A DNA stretch of 64,000 bases from NCBI RefSeq assembly GCF_009914755.1, contig NC_060940.1; one strand, given 5' to 3'. Made by a program: the position numbers and the translations under genes. Below the pieces are notes generated by a model. The model was given only the letters and a program-made list of their open reading frames with translations. It was not told the origin of the DNA and did not search any database. Source of the stretch: the human T2T-CHM13v2.0 reference genome, Homo sapiens. Positions 11,373 to 24,623 of this stretch are shown piece by piece (the first letter of the stretch is position 1; every line of letters begins with the position of its first letter).

Positions 11373-14300
11373 CATTCTCAGAAACTGCTCTGTGATGTGT
11401 GCGTTCAACTCACAGAGTTTAACTTTTCTTTTCATTCAGCAGTTTGGAAACACTCTGTTTGTAAAGTCTGCAAGTGGATATCTTGGCCTCTTAGAGGCCT
11501 TCGTTGGAAACGGGTTTTTTCATGTAAGGTTAGACAGAGGAATTCCCAGTAACTTCCTTGTGTTGTGTGCATTCAACTCACAGAGTTGAATGATTCTTTA
11601 CACAGAGCAGATTTGAGACACTCTTTTGGTGGAATTTGTTAGTGGAGAATTCAGCCGCTTTGAGGTCAACGGTAGAAAAGGAAATATCTTCGTATAAAAA
11701 CTAGACAGAATGATTCTCAGAAACTGTTTTGTGATGTGTGCGTTCAACTCACAGAGTTTAACCTTTCTTTTCAAAGAGCAGTTAGGAAACACTCTGTTTG
11801 TAAAGTCTGCAAGTGGATATTCAGACCTCTTTGAGGCCTTCGTTGGAAACGGGATTTCTTCATATTATGCTAGACAGATGAATTCTCAGTAACTTCCTTG
11901 TGTTGTGTGTATTCAACTCACAGAGTTGAACGGTCCTTTACACAGAGCAGATTTGAAACACTGTTTTTCTGGAATTTGCAAGTGGAGATTTCAGCCGCTT
12001 TGAGGTCAATGGTAGAAAAAGAAATATCTTCGTATAAAAACTAGACAGAATGATTCTCAGAAACTCCTTTGTGATGTGTGCGTTCAACTCACAGAGTTTA
12101 ACCTTTCTTTTCACAGAGCAGTTAGGAAACACTCTGTTTGTGAAGCCTGCCAGTGGATATTCGGACCTCTTTGAGGCCTTCGTTGGAAACGGGATTTCTT
12201 CATATTATGCTAGACAGAAGATTTCTCAGTAACTTCTTTGTGTTGTGTGTATGCAACTCACAGAGTTCAACCTTCCTTTAGACAGAGCAGATTTGAAACA
12301 CTCTTTTTGTGGAATTTGCAAGTGGAGATTTCAAGCGCTTCGATGCCAATGGTAGAAAAGGAAATATCTTCGTAGAAAAACAAGACAAACTCGTTCCCAG
12401 ACACTGCGTAGTGATGTGTGTGTTTAACTCACAGAGTTTCACCTTTCTTTTCATACAGCATTCTGGAAACCCTCTGTTTGTAAAGTCTGCAAGTGGATAT
12501 TTGGACCTCTTAGATGCCTTCGTTGGAAACGGGATTTCTTCATATAATGCTAGAGGGAAGAATTCTTAGTAACTTCTTTGTGTTGTGTGTATTCAACTGA
12601 CAGAGTTGAAGCTTCCTTTAGACAGAGCAGATTTGAAAGTCTCTTTTTGTGGAATTTGCAAGTGGAGATTTCAAGCGCTTTGAGGCCAAAAGCAGAAAAG
12701 GAAATATTTTCCTATAAAAACTAGACAGAATCTTTCTCAGAAACTGCTCTGGGATGTGTGCGTTCAACTCACAGAGTTTAACTTTTCTTTTCATTCAGCA
12801 GTTTGGAAACACTCTGTTTGGAAAGTCTGCACGTGGATATTTTGACCTCTTTGAGGCCTTCGTTGGAAACGGGTTTTTTTCATGTAACGCTAGACAGAAG
12901 ACATCTCAGTAACTTCCTTGTGTTATGTGTATTCAACTGACAGAGTTGAACCTTCCTTTAGACAGAGCAGATTCGAAACACTCTTTTTCTGCAATTTGCA
13001 AGTGGAGACTTCAAGCGCTTTGAGGCCAAAGGCAGAAAAGGAAATATCTTCGTATAAAAACCCGACAGAATCATTCTCAGAAACTGCTCTGTGATGTGTG
13101 CGTTCAACTCACAGAGTTTAACTTTTCTTTTCATTCAGCAGTTTGGAAACACTCTGTTTGTAAAGTCTGCAAGTGGATATCTTGGCCTCTTAGAGGCCTT
13201 CGTTGGAAACGGGTTTTTTCATGTAAGGTTAGACAGAGGAATTCCCAGTAACTTCCTTGTGTTGTGTGCATTCAACTCACAGAGTTGAATGATTCTTTAC
13301 ACAGAGCAGATTTGAGACACTCTTTTGGTGGAATTTGTAAGTGGAGAATTCAGCTGCTTTGAGGTCAACGGTAGAAAAGGAAATATCTTCGTATAAAAAC
13401 TAGACAGAATGATTCTCAGAAACTGTTTTGTGATGTGTGCGTTCAACTCACAGAGTTTAACCTTTCTTTTCAAAGAGCAGTTAGGAAACACTCTGTTTGT
13501 AAAGTCTGCAAGTGGATATTCAGACCTCTTTGAGGCCTTCGTTGGAAACGGGATTTCTTCATATTATGCTAGACAGATGAATTCTCAGTAACTTCCTTGT
13601 GTTGTGTGTATTCAACTCACAGAGTTGAACGATCCTTTACACAGAGCAGATTTGAAACACTGTTTTTCTGGAATTTGCAAGTGGAGATTTCAGCTGCTTT
13701 GAGGTCAATGGTAGAAAAGGAAATATCTTCGTATAAAAACTAGACAGAATGATTCTCAGAAACTCCTTTGTGATGTGTGCGTTCAACTCACAGAGTTTAA
13801 CCTTTCTTTTCACAGAGCAGTTAGGAAACACTCTGTTTGTGAAGCCTGCCAGTGGATATTCGGACCTCTTTGAGGCCTTCGTTGGAAACGGGATTTCTTC
13901 ATATTATGCTAGACAGAAGATTTCTCAGTAACTTCTTTGTGTTGTGTGTATGCAACTCACAGAGTTCAACCTTCCTTTAGACAGAGCAGATTTGAAACAC
14001 TCTTTTTGTGGAATTTGCAAGTGGAGATTTCAAGCGCTTTGAGGCCAAAAGCAGAAAAGGAAATATTTTCCTATAAAAACTAGACAGAATCTTTCTCAGA
14101 AACTGCTCTGTGATGTGTGCGTTCAACTCACAGAGTTTAACTTTTCTTTTCATTCAGCAGTTTGGAAACACTCTGTTTGTAAAGTCTGCAAGTGGATATC
14201 TTGGCCTCTTAGAGGCCTTCGTTGGAAACGGGTTTTTTCATGTAAGGATAGACAGAGGAATTCCCAGTAACTTCCTTGTGTTGTGTGCATTCAACTCACA

Positions 14301-17300
14301 GAGTTGAATGATTCTTTACACAGAGCAGATTTGAGACACTCTTTTGGTGGAATTTGTAAGTGGAGAATTCAGCCGCTTTGAGGTCAACGGTAGAAAAGGA
14401 AATATCTTCGTATAAAAACTAGACAGAATGATTCTCAGAAACTGTTTTGTGATGTGTGCGTTCAACTCACAGAGTTTAACCTTTCTTTTCAAAGAGCAGT
14501 TAGGAAACACTCTGTTTGTAAAGTCTGCAAGTGGATATTCAGACCTCTTTGAGGCCTTCGTTGGAAACGGGATTTCTTCATATTATGCTAGACAGATGAA
14601 TTCTCAGTAACTTCCTTGTGTTGTGTGTATTCAACTCACAGAGTTAAACGATCCTTTACACAGAGCAGATTTGAAACACTGTTTTTCTGGAATTTGCAAG
14701 TGGAGATTTCAGCCGCTTTGAGGTCAATGGTAGAAAAGGAAATATCTTCGTATAAAAACTAGACAGAATGATTCTCAGAAACTCCTTTGTGATGTGTGCG
14801 TTCAACTCACAGAGTTTAACCTTTCTTTTCACAGAGCAGTTAGGAAACACTCTGTTTGTGAAGCCTGCCAGTGGATATTCGGACCTCTTTGAGGCCTTCG
14901 TTGGAAACGGGATTTCTTCATATTATGCTAGACAGAAGATTTCTCAGTAACTTCTTTGTGTTGTGTGTATGCAACTCACAGAGTTCAACCTTCCTTTAGA
15001 CAGAGCAGATTTGAAACACTCTTTTTGTGGAATTTGCAAGTGGAGATTTCAAGCGCTTCGATGCCAATGGTAGAAAAGGAAATATCTTCGTATAAAAACA
15101 AGACAAACTCGTTCCCAGACACTGCGTAGTGATGTGTGTGTTTAACTCACAGAGTTTCACCTTTCTTTTCATACAGCATTCTGGAAACCCTCTGTTTGTA
15201 AAGTCTGCAAGTCGATATTTGGACCTCTTAGATGCCTTCGTTGGAAACGGGATTTCTTCATATAATGCTAGAGGGAAGAATTCTTAGTAACTTCTTTGTG
15301 TTGTGTGTATTCAACTGACAGAGTTGAACCTTCCTTTAGACAGAGCAGATTTGAAAGTCTCTTTTTGTGGAATTTGCAAGTGGAGATTTCAAGCGCTTTG
15401 AGGCCAAAAGCAGAAAAGGAAATATTTTCCTATAAAAACTAGACAGAATCTTTCTCAGAAACTGCTCTGGGATGTGTGCGTTCAACTCACAGAGTTTAAC
15501 TTTTCTTTTCATTCAGCAGTTTGGAAACACTCTGTTTGGAATGTCTGCACGTGGATATTTTGACCTCTTTGAGGCCTTCCTTGGAAACGGGTTTTTTTCA
15601 TGTAAGGCTAGACAGAAGAAATCTCAGTAACTTCCTTGTGTTGTGTGTATTCAACTGACAGAGTTGAACCTTCTTTTAGACAGAGCAGATTCGAAACACT
15701 CTTTTTCTGCAATTTGCAAGTGGAGACTTCAAGCGCTTTGAGGCCAAAGGCAGAAAAGGAAATATCTTCGTATAAAAACCCGACAGAATCATTCTCAGAA
15801 ACTGCTCTGTGATGTGTGCGTTCAACTCACAGAGTTTAACTTTTCTTCTCATTCAGCAGTTTGGAAACACTCTGTTTGTAAAGTCTGCAAGTGGATATCT
15901 TGGCCTCTTAGAGGCCTTCGTTGGAAACGGGTTTTTTCATGTAAGGTTAGACAGAGGAATTCCCAGTAACTTCCTTGTGTTGTGTGCATTCAACTAACAG
16001 AGTTGAATGATTCTTTACACAGAGCAGATTTGAGACACTCTTTTGGTGGAATTTGTTAGTGGAGAATTCAGCTGCTTTGAGGTCAACGGTAGAAAAGGAA
16101 ATATCTTCGTATAAAAACTAGACAGAATGATTCTCAGAAACTGTTTTGTGATGTGTGCGTTCAACTCACAGAGTTTAACCTTTCTTTTCAAAGAGCAGTT
16201 AGGAAACACTCTGTTTGTAAAGTCTGCAAGTGGATATTCAGACCTCTTTGAGGCCTTCGTTGGAAACGGGATTTCTTCATATTATGCTAGACAGATGAAT
16301 TCTCAGTAACTTCCTTGTGTTGTGTGTATTCAACTCACAGAGTTGAACGATCCTTTACACAGAGCAGATTTGAAACACTGTTTTTCTGGAATTTGCAAGT
16401 GGAGATTTCAGCCGCTTTGAGGTCAATGGTAGAAAAAGAAATATCTTCGTATAAAAACTAGACAGAATGATTCTCAGAAACTCCTTTGTGATGTGTGCGT
16501 TCAACTCACAGAGTTTAACCTTTCTTTTCACAGAGCAGTTAGGAAACACTCTGTTTGTGAAGCCTGCCAGTGGATATTCGGACCTCTTTGAGGCCTTCGT
16601 TGGAAACGGGATTTCTTCATATTATGCTAGACAGAAGATTTCTCAGTAACTTCTTTGTGTTGTGTGTATGCAACTGACAGAGTTCAACCTTCCTTTAGAC
16701 AGAGCAGATTTGAAACACTCTTTTTGTGGAATTTGCAAGTGGAGATTTCAAGCGCTTTGAGGCCAAAAGCAGAAAAGGAAATATTTTCCTATAAAAACTA
16801 GACAGAATCTTTCTCAGAAACTGCTCTGTGATGTGTGCGTTCAACTCACAGAGTTTAACTTTTCTTTTCATTCAGCAGTTTGGAAACACTCTGTTTGTAA
16901 AGTCTGCAAGTGGATATCTTGGCCTCTTAGAGGCCTTCGTTGGAAACGGGTTTTTTCATGTAAGGATAGACAGAGGAATTCCCAGTAACTTCCTTGTGTT
17001 GTGTGCATTCAACTCACAGAGTTGAATGAGTCTTTACACAGAGCAGATTTGAGACACTCTTTTGGTGGAATTTGTAGGTGGAGAATTCAGCCGCTTTGAG
17101 GTCAACGGTAGAAAAGGAAATATCTTCGTATAAAAACTAGACAGAATGATTCTCAGAAACTGTTTTGTGATGTGTGCGTTCAACTCACAGAGTTTAACCT
17201 TTCTTTTCAAAGAGCAGTTAGGAAACACTCTGTTTGTAAAGTCTGCAAGTGGATATTCAGACCTCTTTGAGGCCTTCGTTGGAAACGGGATTTCTTCATA

Positions 17301-17827
17301 TTATGCTAGACAGTTGAATTCTCAGTAACTTCCTTGTGTTGTGTGTATTCAACTCACAGAGTTAAACGATCCTTTACACAGAGCAGATTTGAAACACTGT
17401 TTTTCTGGAATTTGCAAGTGGAGATTTCAGCCGCTTTGAGGTCAATGGTAGAAAAGGAAATATCTTCGTATAAAAACTAGACAGAATGATTCTCAGAAAC
17501 TCCTTTGTGATGTGTGCGTTCAACTCACAGAGTTTAACCTTTCTTTTCACAGAGCAGTTAGGAAACACTCTGTTTGTGAAGCCTGCCAGTGGATATTCGG
17601 ACCTCTTTGAGGCCTTCGTTAGAAACGGGATTTCTTCATATTATGCTAGACAGAAGATTTCTCAGTAACTTCTTTGTGTTGTGTGTATGCAACTCACAGA
17701 GTTCAACCTTCCTTTAGACAGAGCAGATTTGAAACACTCTTTTTGTGGAATTTGCAAGTGGAGATTTCAAGCGCTTTGAGGCCAAAAGCAGAAAAGGAAA
17801 TATTTTCCTATAAAAACTAGACAGAAT
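11373..17827 (+). repeat. Mixed run 10,6,10,6,6
   Basis: Anchor ORFs at 11392, 13091, 14110, 15809, 16828, 17847. Confidence 0.93.
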
Positions 17828-19186
17828 CTTTCTCAGAAACTGCTCTGTGATGTGTGCGTTCAACTCACAGAGTTTAACTTTTCTTTTCATTCAGCAGTTT
17901 GGAAACACTCTGTTTGTAAAGTCTGCAAGTGGATATCTTGGCCTCTTAGAGGCCTTCGTTGGAAACGGGTTTTTTCATGTAAGGATAGACAGAGGAATTC
18001 CCAGTAACTTCCTTGTGTTGTGTGCATTCAACTCACAGAGTTGAATGATTCTTTTCACAGAGCAGATTTGAGACACTCTTTTGGTGGAATTTGTAAGTGG
18101 AGAATTCAGCCGCTTTGAGGTCAACGGTAGAAAAGGAAATATCTTCGTATAAAAACTAGACAGAATGATTCTCAGAAACTGTTTTGTGATGTGTGCGTTC
18201 AACTCACAGAGTTTAACCTTTCTTTTCACAGAGCAGTTAGGAAACACTCTGTTTGTGAAGCCTGCCAGTGGATATTCGGACCTCTTTGAGGCCTTCGTTG
18301 GAAACGGGATTTCTTCATATTATGCTAGACAGAAGATTTCTCAGTAACTTCTTTGTGTTGTGTGTATGCAACTCACAGAGTTCAACCTTCCTTTAGACAG
18401 AGCAGATTTGAAACACTCTTTTTGTGGAATTTGCAAGTGGAGATTTCAAGCGCTTCGATGCCAATGGTAGAAAAGGAAATATCTTCGTATAAAAACAAGA
18501 CAAACTCGTTCCCAGACACTGCGTAGTGATGTGTGTGTTTAACTCACAGAGTTTCACCTTTCTTTTCATACAGCATTCTGGAAACCCTCTGTTTGTAAAG
18601 TCTGCAAGTGGATATTTGGACCTCTTAGATGTCTTCGCTGGAAACGGGATTTCTTCATATATTGCTAGAGGGAAGAATTCTTAGTAACTTCTTTGTGTTG
18701 TGTGTATTCAACTGACAGAGTTGAACCTTCCTTTAGACAGAGCAGATTTGAAAGTCTCTTTTTGTGGAATTTGCAAGTGGAGATTTCAAGCGCTTTGAGG
18801 CCAAAAGCAGAAAAGGAAATATTTTCCTATAAAAACTAGACAGAATCTTTCTCAGAAACTGCTCTGGGATGTGTGCGTTCAACTCACAGAGTTTAACTTT
18901 TCTTTTCATTCAGCAGTTTGGAAACACTCTGTTTGGAAAGTCTGCACGTGGATATTTTGACCTCTTTGAGGCCTTCGTTGGAAACGGGTTTTTTTCATGT
19001 AAGGCTAGACAGAAGAAATCTCAGTAACTTCCTTGTGTTATGTGTATTCAACTGACAGAGTTGAACCTTCCTTTAGACAGAGCAGATTCGAAACACTCTT
19101 TTTCTGCAATTTGCAAGTGGAGACTTCAAGCGCTTTGAGGCCAAAGGCAGAAAAGGAAATATCTTCGTATAAAAACCCGACAGAAT
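17828..19186 (+). repeat. 8-mer variant type II (B1/C1 hybrid monomer)
   Basis: B1 start GAAACTGTTTTG at ~18175 continues as C1 (TTCACAGAGC...GAAGCCTGCC) from ~18228. Confidence 0.92.
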
Positions 19187-22100
19187 CATTCTCAGAAACT
19201 GCTCTGTGATGTGTGCGTTCAACTCACAGAGTTTAACTTTTCTTTTCATTCAGCAGTTTGGAAACACTCTGTTTGTAAAGTCTGCAAGTGGATATCTTGG
19301 CCTCTTAGAGGCCTTCGTTGGAAACGGGTTTTTTCATGTAAGGTTAGACAGAGGAATTCCCAGTAACTTCCTTGTGTTGTGTGCATTCAACTCACAGAGT
19401 TGAATGATTCTTTACACAGAGCAGATTTGAGACACTCTTTTGGTGGAATTTGTAAGTGGAGAATTCAGCTGCTTTGAGGTCAACGGTAGAAAAGGAAATA
19501 TCTTCGTATAAAAACTAGACAGAATGATTCTCAGAAACTGTTTTGTGATGTGTGCGTTCAACTCACAGAGTTTAACCTTTCTTTTCAAAGAGCAGTTAGG
19601 AAGCACTCTGTTTGTAAAGTCTGCAAGTGGATATTCAGACCTCTTTGAGGCCTTCGTTGGAAACGGGATTTCTTCATATTATGCTAGACAGATGAATTCT
19701 CAGTAACTTCCTTGTGTTGTGTGTATTCAACTCACAGAGTTGAACGATCCTTTACACAGAGCAGATTTGAAACACTGTTTTTCTGGAATTTGCAAGTGGA
19801 GATTTCAGCCGCTTTGAGGTCAATGGTAGAAAAAGAAATATCTTCGTATAAAAACTAGACAGAATGATTCTCAGAAACTCCTTTGTGATGTGTGCGTTCA
19901 ACTCACAGAGTTTAACCTTTCTTTTCACAGAGCAGTTAGGAAACACTCTGTTTGTGAAGCCTGCCAGTGGATATTCGGACCTCTTTGAGGCCTTCGTTGG
20001 AAACGGGATTTCTTCATATTATGCTAGACAGAAGATTTCTCAGTAACTTCTTTGTGTTGTGTGTATGCAACTCACAGAGTTCAACCTTCCTTTAGACAGA
20101 GCAGATTTGAAACACTCTTTTTGTGGAATTTGCAAGTGGAGATTTCAAGCGCTTCGATGCCAATGGTAGAAAAGGAAATATCTTCGTATAAAAACAAGAC
20201 AAACTCGTTCCCAGACACTGCGTAGTGATGTGTGTGTTTAACTCACAGAGTTTCACCTTTCTTTTCATACAGCATTCTGGAAACCCTCTGTTTGTAAAGT
20301 CTGCAAGTGGATATTTGGACCTCTAAGATGCCTTCGTTGGAAACGGGATTTCTTCATATAATGCTAGAGGGAAGAATTCTTAGTAACTTCTTTGTGTTGT
20401 GTGTATTCAACTGACAGAGTTGAACCTTCCTTTAGACAGAGCAGATTTGAAAGTCTCTTTTTGTGGAATTTGCAAGTGGAGATTTCAAGCGCTTTGAGGC
20501 CAAAAGCAGAAAAGGAAATATTTTCCTATAAAAACTAGACAGAATCTTTCTCAGAAACTGCTCTGGGATGTGTGCGTTCAACTCACAGAGTTTAACTTTT
20601 CTTTTCATTCAGCAGTTTGGAAACACTCTGTTTGGAAAGTCTGCACGTGGATATTTTGACCTCTTTGAGGCCTTCGTTGGAAACGGGTTTTTTTCATGTA
20701 ACGCTAGACAGAAGAAATCTCAGTAACTTCCTTGTGTTATGTGTATTCAACTGACAGAGTTGAACCTTCCTTTAGACAGAGCAGATTCGAAACACTCTTT
20801 TTCTGCAATTTGCAAGTGGAGACTTCAAGCGCTTTGAGGCCAAAGGCAGAAAAGGAAATATCTTCGTATAAAAACCCGACAGAATCATTCTCAGAAACTG
20901 CTCTGTGATGTGTGCGTTCAACTCACAGAGTTTAACTTTTCTTTTCATTCAGCAGTTTGGAAACACTCTGTTTGTAAAGTCTGCAAGTGGATATCTTGGC
21001 CTCTTAGAGGCCTTCGTTGGAAACGGGTTTTTTCATGTAAGGTTAGACAGAGGAATTCCCAGTAACTTCCTTGTGTTGTGTGCATTCAACTCACAGAGTT
21101 GAATGATTCTTTACACAGAGCAGATTTGAGACACTCTTTTGGTGGAATTTGTAAGTGGAGAATTCAGCTGCTTTGAGGTCAACGGTAGAAAAGGAAATAT
21201 CTTCGTATAAAAACTAGACAGAATGATTCTCAGAAACTGTTTTGTGATGTGTGCGTTCAACTCACAGAGTTTAACCTTTCTTTTCAAAGAGCAGTTAGGA
21301 AGCACTCTGTTTGTAAAGTCTGCAAGTGGATATTCAGACCTCTTTGAGGCCTTCGTTGGAAACGGGATTTCTTCATATTATGCTAGACAGATGAATTCTC
21401 AGTAACTTCCTTGTGTTGTGTGTATTCAACTCACAGAGTTGAACGATCCTTTACACAGAGCAGATTTGAAACACTGTTTTTCTGGAATTTGCAAGTGGAG
21501 ATTTCAGCCGCTTTGAGGTCAATGGTAGAAAAAGAAATATCTTCGTATAAAAACTAGACAGAATGATTCTCAGAAACTCCTTTGTGATGTGTGCGTTCAA
21601 CTCACAGAGTTTAACCTTTCTTTTCACAGAGCAGTTAGGAAACACTCTGTTTGTGAAGCCTGCCAGTGGATATTCGGACCTCTTTGAGGCCTTCGTTGGA
21701 AACGGGATTTCTTCATATTATGCTAGACAGAAGATTTCTCAGTAACTTCTTTGTGTTGTGTGTATGCAACTCACAGAGTTCAACCTTCCTTTAGACAGAG
21801 CAGATTTGAAACACTCTTTTTGTGGAATTTGCAAGTGGAGATTTCAAGCGCTTCGATGCCAATGGTAGAAAAGGAAATATCTTCGTATAAAAACAAGACA
21901 AACTCGTTCCCAGACACTGCGTAGTGATGTGTGTGTTTAACTCACAGAGTTTCACCTTTCTTTTCATACAGCATTCTGGAAACCCTCTGTTTGTAAAGTC
22001 TGCAAGTGGATATTTGGACCTCTAAGATGCCTTCGTTGGAAACGGGATTTCTTCATATAATGCTAGAGGGAAGAATTCTTAGTAACTTCTTTGTGTTGTG

Positions 22101-22584
22101 TGTATTCAACTGACAGAGTTGAACCTTCCTTTAGACAGAGCAGATTTGAAAGTCTCTTTTTGTGGAATTTGCAAGTGGAGATTTCAAGCGCTTTGAGGCC
22201 AAAAGCAGAAAAGGAAATATTTTCCTATAAAAACTAGACAGAATCTTTCTCAGAAACTGCTCTGGGATGTGTGCGTTCAACTCACAGAGTTTAACTTTTC
22301 TTTTCATTCAGCAGTTTGGAAACACTCTGTTTGGAAAGTCTGCACGTGGATATTTTGACCTCTTTGAGGCCTTCGTTGGAAACGGGTTTTTTTCATGTAA
22401 CGCTAGACAGAAGAAATCTCAGTAACTTCCTTGTGTTATGTGTATTCAACTGACAGAGTTGAACCTTCCTTTAGACAGAGCAGATTCGAAACACTCTTTT
22501 TCTGCAATTTGCAAGTGGAGACTTCAAGCGCTTTGAGGCCAAAGGCAGAAAAGGAAATATCTTCGTATAAAAACCCGACAGAAT
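19187..22584 (+). repeat. Two near-identical tandem 10-mers
   Basis: Shared GGAAGCACTC, CTCTAAGATG, GTAACGCTAG and GTGTTATGTG at offset 1699. Confidence 0.92.
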
Positions 22585-24623
22585 CATTCTCAGAAACTGC
22601 TCTGTGATGTGTGCGTTCAACTCACAGAGTTTAACTTTTCTTTTCATTCAGCAGTTTGGAAACACTCTGTTTGTAAAGTCTGCAAGTGGATATCTTGGCC
22701 TCTTAGAGGCCTTCGTTGGAAACGGGTTTTTTCATGTAAGGTTAGACAGAGGAATTCCCAGTAACTTCCTTGTGTTGTGTGCATTCAACTCACAGAGTTG
22801 AATGATTCTTTACACAGAGCAGATTTGAGACACTCTTTTGGTGGAATTTGTAAGTGGAGAATTCAGCTGCTTTGAGGTCAACGGTAGAAAAGGAAATATC
22901 TTCGTATAAAAACTAGACAGAATGATTCTCAGAAACTGTTTTGTGATGTGTGCGTTCAACTCACAGAGTTTAACCTTTCTTTTCAAAGAGCAGTTAGGAA
23001 GCACTCTGTTTGTAAAGTCTGCAAGTGGATATTCAGACCTCTTTGAGGCCTTCGTTGGAAACGGGATTTCTTCATATTATGCTAGACAGATGAATTCTCA
23101 GTAACTTCCTTGTGTTGTGTGTATTCAACTCACAGAGTTGAACGATCCTTTACACAGAGCAGATTTGAAACACTGTTTTTCTGGAATTTGCAAGTGGAGA
23201 TTTCAGCCGCTTTGAGGTCAATGGTAGAAAAGGAAATATCTTCGTATAAAAACTAGACAGAATGATTCTCAGAAACTCCTTTGTGATGTGTGCGTTCAAC
23301 TCACAGAGTTTAACCTTTCTTTTCACAGAGCAGTTAGGGAACACTCTGTTTGTGAAGCCTGCCAGTGGATATTCGGACCTCTTTGAGGCCTTCGTTGGAA
23401 ACGGGATTTCTTCATATTATGCTAGACAGAAGATTTCTCAGTAACTTCTTTGTGTTGTGTGTATGCAACTCACAGAGTTCAACCTTCCTTTAGACAGAGC
23501 AGATTTGAAACACTCTTTTTGTGGAATTTGCAAGTGGAGATTTCAAGCGCTTCGATGCCAATGGTAGAAAAGGAAATATCTTCGTATAAAAACAAGACAA
23601 ACTCGTTCCCAGACACTGCGTAGTGATGTGTGTGTTTAACTCACAGAGTTTCACCTTTCTTTTCATACAGCATTCTGGAAACCCTCTGTTTGTAAAGTCT
23701 GCAAGTGGATATTTGGACCTCTTAGATGCCTTCGTTGGAAACGGGATTTCTTCATATAATGCTAGAGGGAAGAATTCTTAGTAACTTCTTTGTGTTGTGT
23801 GTATTCAACTGACAGAGTTGAACCTTCCTTTAGACAGAGCAGATTTGAAAGTCTCTTTTTGTGGAATTTGCAAGTGGAGATTTCAAGCGCTTTGAGGCCA
23901 AAAGCAGAAAAGGAAATATTTTCCTATAAAAACTAGACAGAATCTTTCTCAGAAACTGCTCTGGGATGTGTGCGTTCAACTCACAGAGTTTAACTTTTCT
24001 TTTCATTCAGCAGTTTGGAAACACTCTGTTTGGAAAGTCTGCACGTGGATATTTTGACCTCTTTGAGGCCTTCGTTGGAAACGGGATTTCTTCATATTAT
24101 GCTAGACAGTTGAATTCTCAGTAACTTCCTTGTGTTGTGTGTATTCAACTCACAGAGTTAAACGATCCTTTACACAGAGCAGATTTGAAACACTGTTTTT
24201 CTGGAATTTGCAAGTGGAGATTTCAGCCGCTTTGAGGTCAATGGTAGAAAAGGAAATATCTTCGTATAAAAACTAGACAGAATGATTCTCAGAAACTCCT
24301 TTGTGATGTGTGCGTTCAACTCACAGAGTTTAACCTTTCTTTTCACAGAGCAGTTAGGAAACACTCTGTTTGTGAAGCCTGCCAGTGGATATTCGGACCT
24401 CTTTGAGGCCTTCGTTAGAAACGGGATTTCTTCATATTATGCTAGACAGAAGATTTCTCAGTAACTTCTTTGTGTTGTGTGTATGCAACTCACAGAGTTC
24501 AACCTTCCTTTAGACAGAGCAGATTTGAAACACTCTTTTTGTGGAATTTGCAAGTGGAGATTTCAAGCGCTTTGAGGCCAAAAGCAGAAAAGGAAATATT
24601 TTCCTATAAAAACTAGACAGAAT
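22585..24623 (+). repeat. 12-monomer interval (2039 bp) containing an E1/B1 hybrid
   Basis: A1..D2, then E1 sequence to ~24056, B1 tail from 24086, then B2, C1 and C2/D2. Confidence 0.92.
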
